From the NCBI GenBank assembly GCA_026224995.1, contig JAMFRX010000349.1:1-38312 (forward strand): a stretch of DNA of 38,312 nucleotides. The letters are read 5' to 3'. The position numbers and the translations under genes were made by a program. The DNA comes from Puia dinghuensis (GTDB lineage Bacteria; Bacteroidota; Bacteroidia; Chitinophagales; Chitinophagaceae). The notes under the pieces are model-generated. The model had not been told where the DNA came from, made no database searches, and saw only the letters and a program-made list of their open reading frames with translations. Of the stretch, positions 28,266-36,900 are shown one piece after another (the stretch's first letter is position 1; each line of letters begins with the position of its first letter).

Positions 28266-30035
28266 TCAGTAAACGTCTTTTGTATAACGACCGGTTTCCT
28301 TCAGCTCTTCCAGGTAGCTCTCTGCCTGGGCTGCATTTTTATTTCCTTCCCGCTGGATGATGGAAAGGAGGGTGTTCTCCACATCCACGCTCATCGGCTC
28401 TTTCGCGCCGCAGACATACACGTGGGCGCCGGACTCCAGCCAGCGGAAGAGGTCGGCGGATTGTTTTTGCATCTTGTGCTGTACGTAGACTTTCTCCTGC
28501 TGGTCGCGGGAGAAGGCGGTGTTGATGCGCGTGAGCACGCCTGTCTTCGCCCAGTCCTGCAGCTCTGTCTGGTACAGGAAGTCCGTGGTGAAGCGTCTGT
28601 CTCCGAAGAAGAGCCAATTCTTTCCTTGCGCGCCCTGGCTGTCCCGTTGCGCCAGGAAGGAACGAAAGGGTGCGATGCCCGTGCCGGGGCCGATCATGAT
28701 GATATCGGCATCCGGGACCGGCAAACGGAACTGCGAATTATGATGGACATAGAATTCGATGGTCTCGCCCGGCGGGCGCTGACTGAGGCCGTCGGAACAG
28801 AGCCCGTATTTGATCTCCGCGTTGATCTCGAAGGCATCCCTGGCCACAGTCAGGTGGATCTCGCCGGGATGGGCTTCCGGCGAGGAGGAGATGGAATAGA
28901 GCCGCGGGGCGATGGGCTCGAGAACGGCGACGACGGCATGGAACTGCGCGGTGTCTTTTACCGGGTAGATCTTCAGCAGGTCTAAGAGTCCGATCTTCGT
29001 CTCGGGGATCTCTTGTTTGACGATGCCCGCGTATTTTTTTACCACCCGTTCCGGGAGGTAGACGATATTCAGCTTTTTGCGCAGCAGGTGTGACAGCGGG
29101 TGTTCTTCCGACCGGTGCGGATGCAGCCGGGCAGCGTCGGCGCCGGTGACGGCGATGATAGCCTCTACGACGGCGAGGGGATTTTCCGGGACGATGCCGA
29201 TGCTATCGCCTGGCTGGTAGTCCACGCCTTCGGCGGCTATTTCCAGGTGGTGGGTCTGTTTGCCCGAGCCGCGGTCGTTGAGGTTGATATTGCTGAGGAT
29301 AGTGCCGGTATAGGTCCTCTTTCCGGAAGGCCGGGCTGCGACGGCCGGTCCTGTTGGAATGGTTGCGGCGGGCGCTGCTGCTCCGGCGGTCGGACTGCTC
29401 AATTGCTGAAGGACACGGTCGAACCAGATGCCGGCTTCTGCCTCATAGTCGGTATCGCATTTCTGCAGGGATACGATGCGCTGGCCGCCCATTTTCTGCA
29501 GCTGCTGGTCCACATCTTCTCCCGCTTTGCAGAAGAGGGGATAGGCCGTATCGCCAAGGGCCAGCACGCCGTATTTCATGCGGTCGAGCTTCAGCTCTCC
29601 ATGGTGGATATGGTCGAAGAATTTTTTTGCGGCGGCAGGTGGCTCGCCGTCTCCCTGGGTGCTGATGACCGTTAGGAAGTACTCTTCCTTCGACAGGTCA
29701 TTCAGCCGGTATTGTTCGAGGCCAACCAATTTGGCCTGGATGCCTTTCTTTTTTGCTCTTGCCGCGAAGTCTGCGGCCAGCTTTTTGGAGTTGCCCGTTT
29801 CGGTGCCATAGGCGATGGTGATCCTGAGCGTGCTTGCGGCCTGCTCGGAAGCGGCTGCCAGGACCGGGGTGGCTGTTGTCGCGCTGACTATGGCTGCTAC
29901 AGCGGCGGCCGGCGGGGAGAAGGCGGTGCCTTGTGCTACGACCCCGGCAAGATAGCCGCTCAGCCAGATGAGCTCTTCCCTTGAGGCGCCGGCGATAAGC
30001 TCCTGTATCAGCTTCATTTTCGGTGTTGTCAGCAT
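28266..30035 (-). CDS. cysJ: Sulfite reductase (NADPH) flavoprotein subunit
   Basis: Flavodoxin YGTETGNS, STQGDGEPP, LGDTAYPLFC; FAD/NADPH motifs RLYSISS, IGPGTGIAPFR, YVCG, KDVY. Confidence 0.95.
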   Translation of the reverse strand: MLTTPKMKLIQELIAGASREELIWLSGYLAGVVAQGTAFSPPAAAVAAIVSATTATPVLAAASEQAASTLRITIAYGTETGNSKKLAADFAARAKKKGIQAKLVGLEQYRLNDLSKEEYFLTVISTQGDGEPPAAAKKFFDHIHHGELKLDRMKYGVLALGDTAYPLFCKAGEDVDQQLQKMGGQRIVSLQKCDTDYEAEAGIWFDRVLQQLSSPTAGAAAPAATIPTGPAVAARPSGKRTYTGTILSNINLNDRGSGKQTHHLEIAAEGVDYQPGDSIGIVPENPLAVVEAIIAVTGADAARLHPHRSEEHPLSHLLRKKLNIVYLPERVVKKYAGIVKQEIPETKIGLLDLLKIYPVKDTAQFHAVVAVLEPIAPRLYSISSSPEAHPGEIHLTVARDAFEINAEIKYGLCSDGLSQRPPGETIEFYVHHNSQFRLPVPDADIIMIGPGTGIAPFRSFLAQRDSQGAQGKNWLFFGDRRFTTDFLYQTELQDWAKTGVLTRINTAFSRDQQEKVYVQHKMQKQSADLFRWLESGAHVYVCGAKEPMSVDVENTLLSIIQREGNKNAAQAESYLEELKETGRYTKDVY

Positions 30036-30853
30036 GGGACTGTCTTTTTTGGAAGTTCTATAGGGGGAAAATATAATTCAGGGCTATCGCTGTCGGTGAA
30101 CCAACCGAAACAGGAATGCAAGGCCGCCACCCGGCCCAGGATGATCAGGGCAGGCGAGGCATACTGGCTTCCGCCAGCGGCTGCAGGATAATCATGCACA
30201 GGCCAGGCTGTAACCCGCTGCAGGGGAGTGGTGGCCTGTTCGATCACGGCCACCCATTTATCTTCGGTGATGCCCTGGTGCAGTAAGTTTTGGATCAGCG
30301 TATCCAGCGGCGCCGATGACATATAGAATACCAGCGTGTCGGCTGTCAGGGCCAGCTCCTGCCAATAGGCATCGTCCATCTCTTCGGACTGGTAGCTGGT
30401 GAGGAAGCGAACGGAAGTGGAATAGCCTCTCGCCGTCAGGGGTATGCCGGCATAGGCGGCTGCGCCGAGGGCCGCGGTAACGCCTGGCACCAGCTCATAG
30501 GGAATATGATGGCGGACAAGGGCCTTGAGCTCATCCAGCACATTGGAAAAGATGGAGACGTCTCCGCCTTTGAGGCGGACGACCAGCTTTCCTTCCAGGG
30601 CATAGGAGACCAACAGCTCGTTGATCTCGGCCTGCGGCGTAGACGCCTGGCTGTGGTATTGCTTGCCGACCGGGACGACCAGAGCATCGGCGCGGGTATA
30701 ATAGCGCAGGATATCCGGGCTCACCAGCCTGTCCACGACCACGACGTCTGCCCGTTGCAGGTAGCGCAGCGTCTTCACGGTGAGCAGCTCGGGGTCCCCG
30801 GGGCCGGCCCCGGCCAGGATCACTTTGCCGATAGGAGTAGCCTGTTTTTCCAT
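30029..30853 (-). CDS. cobA: Uroporphyrinogen-III C-methyltransferase (CysG-A domain)
   Basis: GAGPGDPELLT, VRLKGGD, VPGVTAA, GIPLT. Start ATG 30853; overlaps the cysJ start. Confidence 0.93.
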   Translation of the reverse strand: MEKQATPIGKVILAGAGPGDPELLTVKTLRYLQRADVVVVDRLVSPDILRYYTRADALVVPVGKQYHSQASTPQAEINELLVSYALEGKLVVRLKGGDVSIFSNVLDELKALVRHHIPYELVPGVTAALGAAAYAGIPLTARGYSTSVRFLTSYQSEEMDDAYWQELALTADTLVFYMSSAPLDTLIQNLLHQGITEDKWVAVIEQATTPLQRVTAWPVHDYPAAAGGSQYASPALIILGRVAALHSCFGWFTDSDSPELYFPPIELPKKTVPC

Positions 30854-30854
30854 G

Positions 30855-32096
30855 TTATTGCAGCATAAGGGCGCCAACGGTTACAAAACTTGTTTCGTCG
30901 ATCAGGATGGCTCCGCCACCCGCGGGCAGGTCATTATAAGCGTCGAAGGGGAGGGGGGAAGCCGTCCTGATCGTCGCCTTCACGATATCGTTGAGGCCGG
31001 CCTGTCCGGGCGCCGGCTGTTTTTCCAGGGTATTGACGTCCAGGCGGTATTCGATGTTCCGGATGGAGCTCCGTACGGTGCGGCTGCCAAGCTGCAGCAG
31101 GTATTTGTTACCCGGCAGCAAGGCCTTGCTGTCCATCCAGCACAGCAGCGCCTCGAATTCCTGTTCCACCCGCGGTGGATTCCCGCCATTGACGAGCAGG
31201 TCGCCCCGGCTGATATCGATATCGTCTTCCAGCTGCAGGATGACGCTTTGCGGGGCAAATGCCTCTTCTACGGCGCGGCCACCGGCCTCGATGCTCTTTA
31301 TACGGGTAGTCAGCCCCGCCGGAAGGACGGTGATGGTATCTCCCTTGCGGTAGATGCCGCTGCTGATCTTACCGGCATAGCCCCTGTAGTCGTGGTGGGC
31401 CTCCGTTTGCGGGCGGATGACATATTGTACGCTTAGCCGGCCGCGGCTCAGGTCGGTGTCGATATCCAGCGGTGTGCTCTCCAGCAGCTCCAGCAGGGCC
31501 GGGCCATCGTACCAGGGCAGACTGGAGGAACGCTCGACGATGTTATCCCCTTTTAGCGCGCTGATGGGCAGGTAGGTCACGTCCCTGAGCTGCAGGGCCC
31601 GGGCCGTTTCCGCATAGTCGATCACGATATTGTTATAGCGATCCTGGGAGTAGTCTACCAGATCCATCTTGTTGATGGCGACGATCACGTGGGGAATGTT
31701 GAGCAGGGAGGCGATTATGGAGTGTCTCCGCGTCTGTTCCACCACTCCGTTGCGGGCGTCAACCAGTATGATGATCAGGTTGGCGTTGCTGGCGCCCGTG
31801 ATCATGTTACGGGTATACTGGATATGCCCGGGCGCGTCGGCGATGATGAACTTCCGCTTTGGCGTAGAGAAATATTTATACGCGACGTCGATGGTGATGC
31901 CCTGCTCGCGTTCGGCGCGGAGGCCATCGGTGAGGAGCGCCAGGTCGATCTCCCCGGCCAGCTTGTTCTTGCTCTGCTGTTCCAGGGCGGCCAGCTGGTC
32001 GGCCAGGATGCTCTTGCTGTCATACAGCAGCCGGCCGATGAGGGTGCTCTTTCCGTCGTCGACGCTGCCTGCGGTTATAAATCTGAGTAGGTCCAT
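30855..32096 (-). CDS. cysN: Sulfate adenylyltransferase subunit 1 (GTPase); no fused CysC domain
   Basis: GSVDDGKSTLIGRLL, EREQGITIDVAY, DAPGH, NKMD. Start ATG 32096. Confidence 0.96.
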   Translation of the reverse strand: MDLLRFITAGSVDDGKSTLIGRLLYDSKSILADQLAALEQQSKNKLAGEIDLALLTDGLRAEREQGITIDVAYKYFSTPKRKFIIADAPGHIQYTRNMITGASNANLIIILVDARNGVVEQTRRHSIIASLLNIPHVIVAINKMDLVDYSQDRYNNIVIDYAETARALQLRDVTYLPISALKGDNIVERSSSLPWYDGPALLELLESTPLDIDTDLSRGRLSVQYVIRPQTEAHHDYRGYAGKISSGIYRKGDTITVLPAGLTTRIKSIEAGGRAVEEAFAPQSVILQLEDDIDISRGDLLVNGGNPPRVEQEFEALLCWMDSKALLPGNKYLLQLGSRTVRSSIRNIEYRLDVNTLEKQPAPGQAGLNDIVKATIRTASPLPFDAYNDLPAGGGAILIDETSFVTVGALMLQ

Positions 32097-32106
32097 AGTG
32101 TTGTCT

Positions 32107-33024
32107 TTAGAAGTATCCATTTTTCTTCCGGTCCTCCATAGCGGCTTCCGATACCCTGTCGTCGATGCGCGTCTCACCGCGTTCGCTGGTGCGCGTAGCC
32201 GTTATCTCGCGTATGATGTCGTCGATTCCCGAGGCAGCAGATTCCACGGCGGCGGTACAGGTCATATCGCCTACGGTGCGATAACGCACCCGCCGGCGCT
32301 CTACATTATCGGAAGCATCCAGCCGGATGAAAGGCGAGACGGCGACCCATTGCCCTTCGAAGTCGATGACCTCCCGTTCGTGGGCGAAATAGATCGAAGG
32401 CAGGGCGATGTTCTCCCGGCGGATATAGTTCCAGATGTCCAGCTCCGTCCAGTTGCTGATAGGGAAAACCCGGACATTCTCGCCTTTCCGGATGCGCCCG
32501 TTATAGGTATTCCAGATCTCGGGGCGTTGGCGCTTGGGATCCCAGCCGCCAAACTCGTCACGGATGGAGAAGATCCTCTCCTTGGCCCGGGCTTTTTCCT
32601 CGTCACGCCTGGCACCGCCGATGCAGGCGTCGAATCCGAACTCTTCGATGGTGTCCAGGAGGGTGAAGGTCTGCAGGGCGTTACGGCTGGCAAACTTACC
32701 GCCGGGCTCCGTGAGCTGCCGGCTGCGGATGGTATCTGCCACGCTGCGCACGATCAGGGTCTCGCCGATCTGGGCGGTTAGCTGGTCGCGAAATGACAGG
32801 GCTTCGGGAAAGTTATGCCCGGTGTCTATGTGCACCAGCGGAAAAGGAAACTTGCCCGGCCGGAAGGCCTTGAGGGCCAGGTGAACCAGGGTGATCGAAT
32901 CCTTGCCGCCGCTGAACAGCAGGGCCGGACGCTCGAACTGCCCCGCCACTTCCCGCAGGATGTGGATGGCTTCCGACTCCAACTGGTCGAGATAATCTAA
33001 CTGGTATCCAGGTTCTTTGCTCAT
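32107..33024 (-). CDS. cysD: Sulfate adenylyltransferase subunit 2
   Basis: LFSGGKDS, GGARRDEEKARAKER, RVFPISNWTE, MEDRKKNGYF. Start ATG 33024. Confidence 0.97.
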   Translation of the reverse strand: MSKEPGYQLDYLDQLESEAIHILREVAGQFERPALLFSGGKDSITLVHLALKAFRPGKFPFPLVHIDTGHNFPEALSFRDQLTAQIGETLIVRSVADTIRSRQLTEPGGKFASRNALQTFTLLDTIEEFGFDACIGGARRDEEKARAKERIFSIRDEFGGWDPKRQRPEIWNTYNGRIRKGENVRVFPISNWTELDIWNYIRRENIALPSIYFAHEREVIDFEGQWVAVSPFIRLDASDNVERRRVRYRTVGDMTCTAAVESAASGIDDIIREITATRTSERGETRIDDRVSEAAMEDRKKNGYF

Positions 33025-33033
33025 ATCGCACAT

Positions 33034-33756
33034 TTAAGAGGCTGCATGTAAGCCACATTCTTTTTTACTGTTGTCTTCCCACCACCATCTTCCGGCCCGG
33101 AAGTCCTCTCCCGGCCTTATAGCCCGGGTGCACGGCGCGCATCCAATGCTCACGAAGCCTTTATCGTGCAGAGGATTGTAGGGGATATCGTATAGGTCGA
33201 TAGACTCCCTGACGGCCTGGGCATCCCAGTGCAGCAGGGGGTTGTATTTAAAAATTTGATTGCCCTCGTCCCATTCCACAAGCTGGTGATCCTTGCGTTC
33301 CGGGGATTGTTCCGCCCGCAGCCCCGTTACCCATATCACCTGGCCTTGAAGGGCCCGTTTCAGGGGCTCAACTTTCCGGATGTAGCAACATCCTTTGCGG
33401 TTGGCTACCGACTGGTAGAAGGCATTGGGGCCTTTTTCGCTTAGGAAGCTCTCCAGCAGGTCCCGGCTGGGGTAATAAGCCTGTACACTGGTCCCGTATT
33501 TCTCGTTGGTAGCGCTCCAGACGGAATAGGTCTCGGCAAAGAGGCGGCCCGTGTCCAGCGTAAAAATGGATACGGGCAGGCCGGCGGCAAGTATATGGTG
33601 AGCGATCACCTGGTCTTCGATGCCGAAGCTGGTGGAGAAAGTAACTTTGCCCGGGAAAAGACCGCTTAGTGCCGCCAGGGCATCGCCGATGGATAATCCA
33701 CTGATCAAGTGGAGTAATGAAGAAGCCGAATGTTGTGTATCTATGCTATTGTCCAT
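33034..33756 (-). CDS. cysH: APS reductase (CysH family, 4Fe-4S type)
   Basis: LDTGRLF, CCYIRKVEPL, SIGCAPCT, ECGLH. CC plus CxxC marks the Fe-S APS-reductase type, consistent with no cysC in the cluster. Confidence 0.94.
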   Translation of the reverse strand: MDNSIDTQHSASSLLHLISGLSIGDALAALSGLFPGKVTFSTSFGIEDQVIAHHILAAGLPVSIFTLDTGRLFAETYSVWSATNEKYGTSVQAYYPSRDLLESFLSEKGPNAFYQSVANRKGCCYIRKVEPLKRALQGQVIWVTGLRAEQSPERKDHQLVEWDEGNQIFKYNPLLHWDAQAVRESIDLYDIPYNPLHDKGFVSIGCAPCTRAIRPGEDFRAGRWWWEDNSKKECGLHAAS

Positions 33757-33808
33757 GAGCCGGTGGTGGTGGTGAAATGGCCTGTTCAGGCGGGGAATAG
33801 ACGAGGGA

Positions 33809-33883
33809 TCAACAGCAGCAACAACAACACTTGCTGTTGCTGGCGGAGGAGAAATACCGGATGCAGGAGAATGCTGTTGTCAT
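33809..33883 (-). CDS. Putative poly-cysteine leader peptide of the cys operon (24 aa)
   Basis: Manual translation gives MTTAFSCIRYFSSASNSKCCCCCC*: six consecutive Cys codons (TGT TGT TGT TGC TGC TGT) then TGA, 52 nt upstream of cysH. Confidence 0.8.
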   Translation of the reverse strand: MTTAFSCIRYFSSASNSKCCCCCC

Positions 33884-33889
33884 GCTAAT

Positions 33890-33908
33890 GTCTACAATTG
33901 TTATGGAC
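33890..33908. promoter_or_regulatory. Putative operator, copy 3, overlapping the expected transcription start
   Basis: GTCTAC-AATTGTT-ATGGAC. Confidence 0.6.
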
Positions 33909-33915
33909 AAAGATA
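33908..33915 (-). promoter_or_regulatory. -7 promoter element of the leader-cysH operon
   Basis: Minus strand TATCTTTG is a perfect TAnnTTTG match. Confidence 0.7.
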
Positions 33916-33927
33916 GGAGATATAAAC

Positions 33928-33958
33928 AAAAAAAGAGGCGCTGCGGCCTCTTTTTTTT
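33928..33958. terminator. Intrinsic terminator after the S8 protease gene
   Basis: AAAAAAAGAGGC-GCTGCG-GCCTCTTTTTTT; insulates the cys promoter. Confidence 0.8.
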
Positions 33959-36900
33959 ATTTTATTAGGATTTTTTGTACTGTATTGCCTGTGTCCGTAT
34001 CCACCGAGAGGAAGTAAATGCCTGGCGCGATATTGGCGACCGGCAGCATATTCAGGAAGCCCCTGACCTCTTCCTGCAGGATGGTCTTGCCGGAGACGTC
34101 GATCAGCCTGAGGCGCCTGGTGTTAACGGGGCTGCTGATATAGATGATGCTGTGATGCACGGGATTGGGCCAGATGCCGATGCCGCCGCTACCCGATCCC
34201 TTGACGCTGCGGATGGGCGAATAAGCATAGCTTCCGTTCACCGGTACTTCGCGAAGCCGGTAATAGTTCATCCCCGTGTCCAGATGGGTATCGGTATATT
34301 GGTAGCTGTTGATGCCGCTGCCATTCAGGGCGGATATGGAATCGAGGGCGGAAAAATGGATGCTGTCCAGGCTTTTTTCAATGATATACCTGCTCATCCC
34401 GTATGTCTCGGTGGTGGTCCATTGCAGCAGGCCGTTGCCGCTGGAATTCACTGCCGTGAAGGTCAGGCCCATAGTAGGGATATAGCTGCTATCCGTAGGG
34501 CTGATGGCGTTGATCCAGAACTCGGAGAACCCGCCTACCTGGTATTCCGCATAATAGCCGTTATCGTTGGGTATGATGCTCACGTCCGTGTGTGGGGCAT
34601 GCCATTGGAATTTCCCGATGCTGTCGTTGACGAGGGTAGAGTCTTCTTCTCCGGCAGCCGGGCTGCTATATTGTGTAACTCCGGACTGGTAGGCATCGGC
34701 GATAGTCGTGCAGGTGGCGCAGCCCGTGGCGTCGATGAGGCTGTCCGCCTCGCTATCCAGGAAGTAGTACCGGACGCTCACATTACCGGTGGGCTGGTTG
34801 GCAGGCTGGATGACGATATTCCTGTCGAGATAGTATTGGGTCTTGTCGTAGCGGACGGCGCCCGTATTGTTGAAAAATACTTTCACATTGGTGAGGCCAA
34901 GGTCCTGGCCATTGGGATTGATGGCTGCTATGCGTTGCCCGCCGAGGTCGAAGTTGATCCAATTGCTGCCGCTAACGGGCTGGGCCAGGCTGTCGTCGGC
35001 CCCGTGATAGACGGAAGCCTTGTCGAAGACATGGATGTCGTCGATGCCTACACCTTCGTAGGTCGTGGCCGGGTCGCTGTTCATCACGATACGGAAACGG
35101 ATCTTGGGCGGGTTTACCGGGATGTCGTAGCTCGACACATGCCATTTAGCATAGGAAAGCTGCCAGGCCTGTCGCGTGGCGTTGTCATACCAGCTGGTGC
35201 CGTTGCCGACGCTGCCCAGCTTTATCCAGGTCGTATCGTCGGTGCTGTATTCGGCCCAGTGGTAATCGCAATCGCAGTCATCTTCGGTCTGGAAGATATG
35301 GCTGAAGGAAAGGACGGGGCTGGCCAGGCTGCTCAGGTTGAAGCAGGGCGAATAGAGGTACGACTGCTCGTTGTTGTTGTAGTCGCCGGTGAGGCTGGTC
35401 ACCCAGCAATTGGCGCCGTTGGCAGCCTTGTCGATGATCGTTTTCTGCGGCGCACCCCATTGCCAGCTGCTGTTGATGCCGCCTGTGAACCAGTTGCCGT
35501 CGCTGCTTTCAAAGCCTTCAAGATAGGGGAAGGTGGAGATCAGCGGCGAGGTGCGCAGGGTCGTTGCTATCGTGTCGTTGTACGAATAGGTATCACCGGT
35601 ATAATGGACCCAGGCGCTCACCGTATAGGTCTGGTAGGCGGACATATCGGCCGGGGTAGAGAAGGTATAGATCAGGGAGTCGTTGCCATTGAGCGTAGGA
35701 ATGGTTTCGCTGACGGTATTGCCATTGATCACATAGGTGATAGGTATATTAGTGGCGGTCGAGGAGCTGTAGTTCTTCACCAGCACGCTTATGGGGGTAG
35801 CGCTGGAAAGGCTGCAGTTATTGCCGGAGGCCGGTGAGACGAGGGTTACGAGGCCGATGTCGTTGGTCGACCGGTTCAGCGTGATGTCGTCGAAGATATA
35901 GCCGTCGTCCACGCTTCCGTCGGTGATGACGTCATTGGCGGAGGTATAGCCTTCCTCGCCGAATTTGATCTGGAAACTGCTGCTGACTGTTTGAGCTGGC
36001 ACCGCATCTTTGAGCGACCCGGTGACGTCGATGTGCGCCGAAGGCTGATAGATGCCGATATTGGCCTGGGCGGTATCCAGGATATAGACCTGGATCCAGG
36101 AAGCCTGGTCGTTGCCCCTGATCCAGACCTTGTTGGCGCCGCGGGTAGAGTCGTTGCCCTGGTTGCGATACCAGAAGTCCAGCCAGATCTGGTCGGTGGG
36201 GCCGTAATTGGAGAGGTTGAAGGTAGTGAGCAGGCTGTCCCCGGTAGTCACTCCAGCATAGTGGGCCTGGTCCAGGATCGCGCAGCGGTCGCCGGTGCGG
36301 CACATGCCGGTATTGACGAAGGTCCTTGCCCTGCCATTGGTATTGCTGGGGTAGAAATCGGCGCGGTCCAATCCTGTAAAGCCCATGGTAGAGGAAGTAT
36401 AGGCGGCGGATGTGGCCGATTCGAATCCTTCGGTATAGGAAGGGCTGAGGGTAATTGGATCGTTGCTCAGCTGTTTGACCACCGTGGTGATCGTATCGTT
36501 GCCCAGCTGTGGGTCAGTGGGATAGGATACCCAGATCTGCAGGGTATATGTTCCCTGTGCCGAGAAGTCGGCGGGAGTGGCGAAAGTATAATTAGCCGCG
36601 CCACCATTGGGCGGCACGAGGGTGCTGGTGGTCTCGGTGACGGGGCTGCCGCCGTTGATGCTATAGGATAACATGAAAGGCGAGCCGGTCGGGACGGTGC
36701 CCAGGTTTTTGATCTCTACCTGTATGGGGGTGGAGGCGGTGAGCTGGGTAGAGGTATTTAATCGCCCGGCGGGTATCAGGCCAACGATGGAATCCAGGGT
36801 ATAGTCGTTGTCCAGGGAGCTGAGGGTGCAGGCGCCCCCGGTGGGAGTGAGGGTGACAGCTACCGATCTTCTGCCTCGCGTCGTGCCGTTTACGGCCGTC

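Noticed and set aside
29340-29930. Ala/Pro-rich low-complexity stretches flanking the CysJ flavodoxin domain as insertions
   Set aside because: They sit at expected flexible inter-domain linker positions of the diflavin reductase.
31669-32781. 370-aa plus-strand ORF opposite cysN/cysD, and similar long antisense ORFs (20209-21177, 24236-25216, 28155-28985)
   Set aside because: Antisense shadows of conserved genes with no independent start signals or domain features.
33812-33829. Reading the (ACA/GCA)n tract as a simple microsatellite or a plus-strand poly-Gln ORF
   Set aside because: Mixed TGT/TGC codons in frame with an ATG and directly followed by TGA, on the operon strand upstream of cysteine-pathway genes, fit a leader peptide better.
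33975-35837. 620-aa plus-strand ORF antisense to the S8 protease
   Set aside because: Shadow ORF from GC-rich codon bias; no recognisable motifs and it fully overlaps a well-supported gene.
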